Below are positions 62,814 to 64,000 of a stretch of DNA of 64,000 nt, one piece after another. The position numbers and the translations under genes were made by a program. Under the pieces are notes generated by a model, which saw only the letters and a list, made by a program, of their open reading frames with translations, ran no database searches and was not told the origin of the DNA. Positions within the stretch are counted from its first letter, which is position 1. Every line of letters begins with the position of its first letter. The stretch lies in NCBI GenBank assembly GCA_001938485.1, contig MQRK01218924.1, positions 73,017 to 137,016 on the forward strand, read 5' to 3'. The stretch comes from Girardia tigrina. Its lineage: Eukaryota.

Positions 62814-64000
62814 NNNNNNNNNNNNNNNNNNNNNNNNNNNNNNNNNNNNNNNNNNNNNNNNNNNNNNNNNNNNNNNNNNNNNNNNNNNNNNNNNNNNNNN
62901 NNNNNNNNNNNNNNNNNNNNNNNNNNNNNNNNNNNNNNNNNNNNNNNNNNNNNNNNNNNNNNNNNNNNNNNNNNNNNNNNNNNNNNNNNNNNNNNNNNNN
63001 NNNNNNNNNNNNNNNNNNNNNNNNNNNNNNNNNNNNNNNNNNNNNNNNNNNNNNNNNNNNNNNNNNNNNNNNNNNNNNNNNNNNNNNNNNNNNNNNNNNN
63101 NNNNNNNNNNNNNNNNNNNNNNNNNNNNNNNNNNNNNNNNNNNNNNNNNNNNNNNNNNNNNNNNNNNNNNNNNNNNNNNNNNNNNNNNNNNNNNNNNNNN
63201 NNNNNNNNNNNNNNNNNNNNNNNNNNNNNNNNNNNNNNNNNNNNNNNNNNNNNNNNNNNNNNNNNNNNNNNNNNNNNNNNNNNNNNNNNNNNNNNNNNNN
63301 NNNNNNNNNNNNNNNNNNNNNNNNNNNNNNNNNNNNNNNNNNNNNNNNNNNNNNNNNNNNNNNNNNNNNNNNNNNNNNNNNNNNNNNNNNNNNNNNNNNN
63401 NNNNNNNNNNNNNNNNNNNNNNNNNNNNNNNNNNNNNNNNNNNNNNNNNNNNNNNNNNNNNNNNNNNNNNNNNNNNNNNNNNNNNNNNNNNNNNNNNNNN
63501 NNNNNNNNNNNNNNNNNNNNNNNNNNNNNNNNNNNNNNNNNNNNNNNNNNNNNNNNNNNNNNNNNNNNNNNNNNNNNNNNNNNNNNNNNNNNNNNNNNNN
63601 NNNNNNNNNNNNNNNNNNNNNNNNNNNNNNNNNNNNNNNNNNNNNNNNNNNNNNNNNNNNNNNNNNNNNNNNNNNNNNNNNNNNNNNNNNNNNNNNNNNN
63701 NNNNNNNNNNNNNNNNNNNNNNNNNNNNNNNNNNNNNNNNNNNNNNNNNNNNNNNNNNNNNNNNNNNNNNNNNNNNNNNNNNNNNNNNNNNNNNNNNNNN
63801 NNNNNNNNNNATGATGATTTTTTAAAAATCGAAACATGTCCAATAGTTGTATTAAAAAAGCTTTAATCAAATTATATTTTCGAAATACTAAACTTGCGTT
63901 CACAAGACTCAATATATATATATATATATGTATAAAATGCTAATTTTGACTAGTTTGAAATGATTTATAAAATAATGTATAGCCGATTTTATTTTTATTC

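Noticed and set aside
62629-63912. Long ORFs of 361-427 aa
   Set aside because: Artefacts of the 997-N gap.
1-64000. CRISPR arrays, tRNA/rRNA genes, prokaryotic operons
   Set aside because: Spliced eukaryotic locus; no repeat-spacer array, cloverleaf or rRNA-like sequence seen.

Overview
Very AT-rich eukaryotic genomic DNA with three N gaps (19019-19053, 55652-55701, 62814-63810). Base composition, intron style and transposon content suggest an invertebrate, plausibly a freshwater planarian, but that is inference. The window is dominated by one + strand host gene, a Trio/Kalirin/UNC-73-type RhoGEF. I traced 21 GT-AG exons from 15159 to 59859 that join in one open frame (4449 nt, 1483 codons). 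They encode the C-terminal half of the SEC14/CRAL-TRIO domain, a spectrin-repeat rod, a Ser/Thr linker and the first DH-PH module. No start codon or 3' exons were found in the window. The introns are full of decayed transposons: at least 8 Tc1/mariner-superfamily elements with TIRs (DD41D, DD34D, one unusual D46D long-TIR element, one Tc1/IS630-like), hAT elements and MITEs, two Penelope fragments, an R2/NeSL-type restriction-like-endonuclease LINE and an RTE-like LINE with three C2H2 fingers. The most interesting observation is a 351-bp GC-rich non-coding insertion (10107-10457, - strand) flanked by a perfect 10-bp target-site duplication. Its first ~103 nt fold by hand into an HDV-like self-cleaving ribozyme whose predicted cleavage site is exactly the element's 5' boundary. 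It is a candidate ribozyme-headed non-autonomous retroelement (SIDE/SINE-like). Homology calls come from motif recognition and recalled family sequences; no database searches were run.
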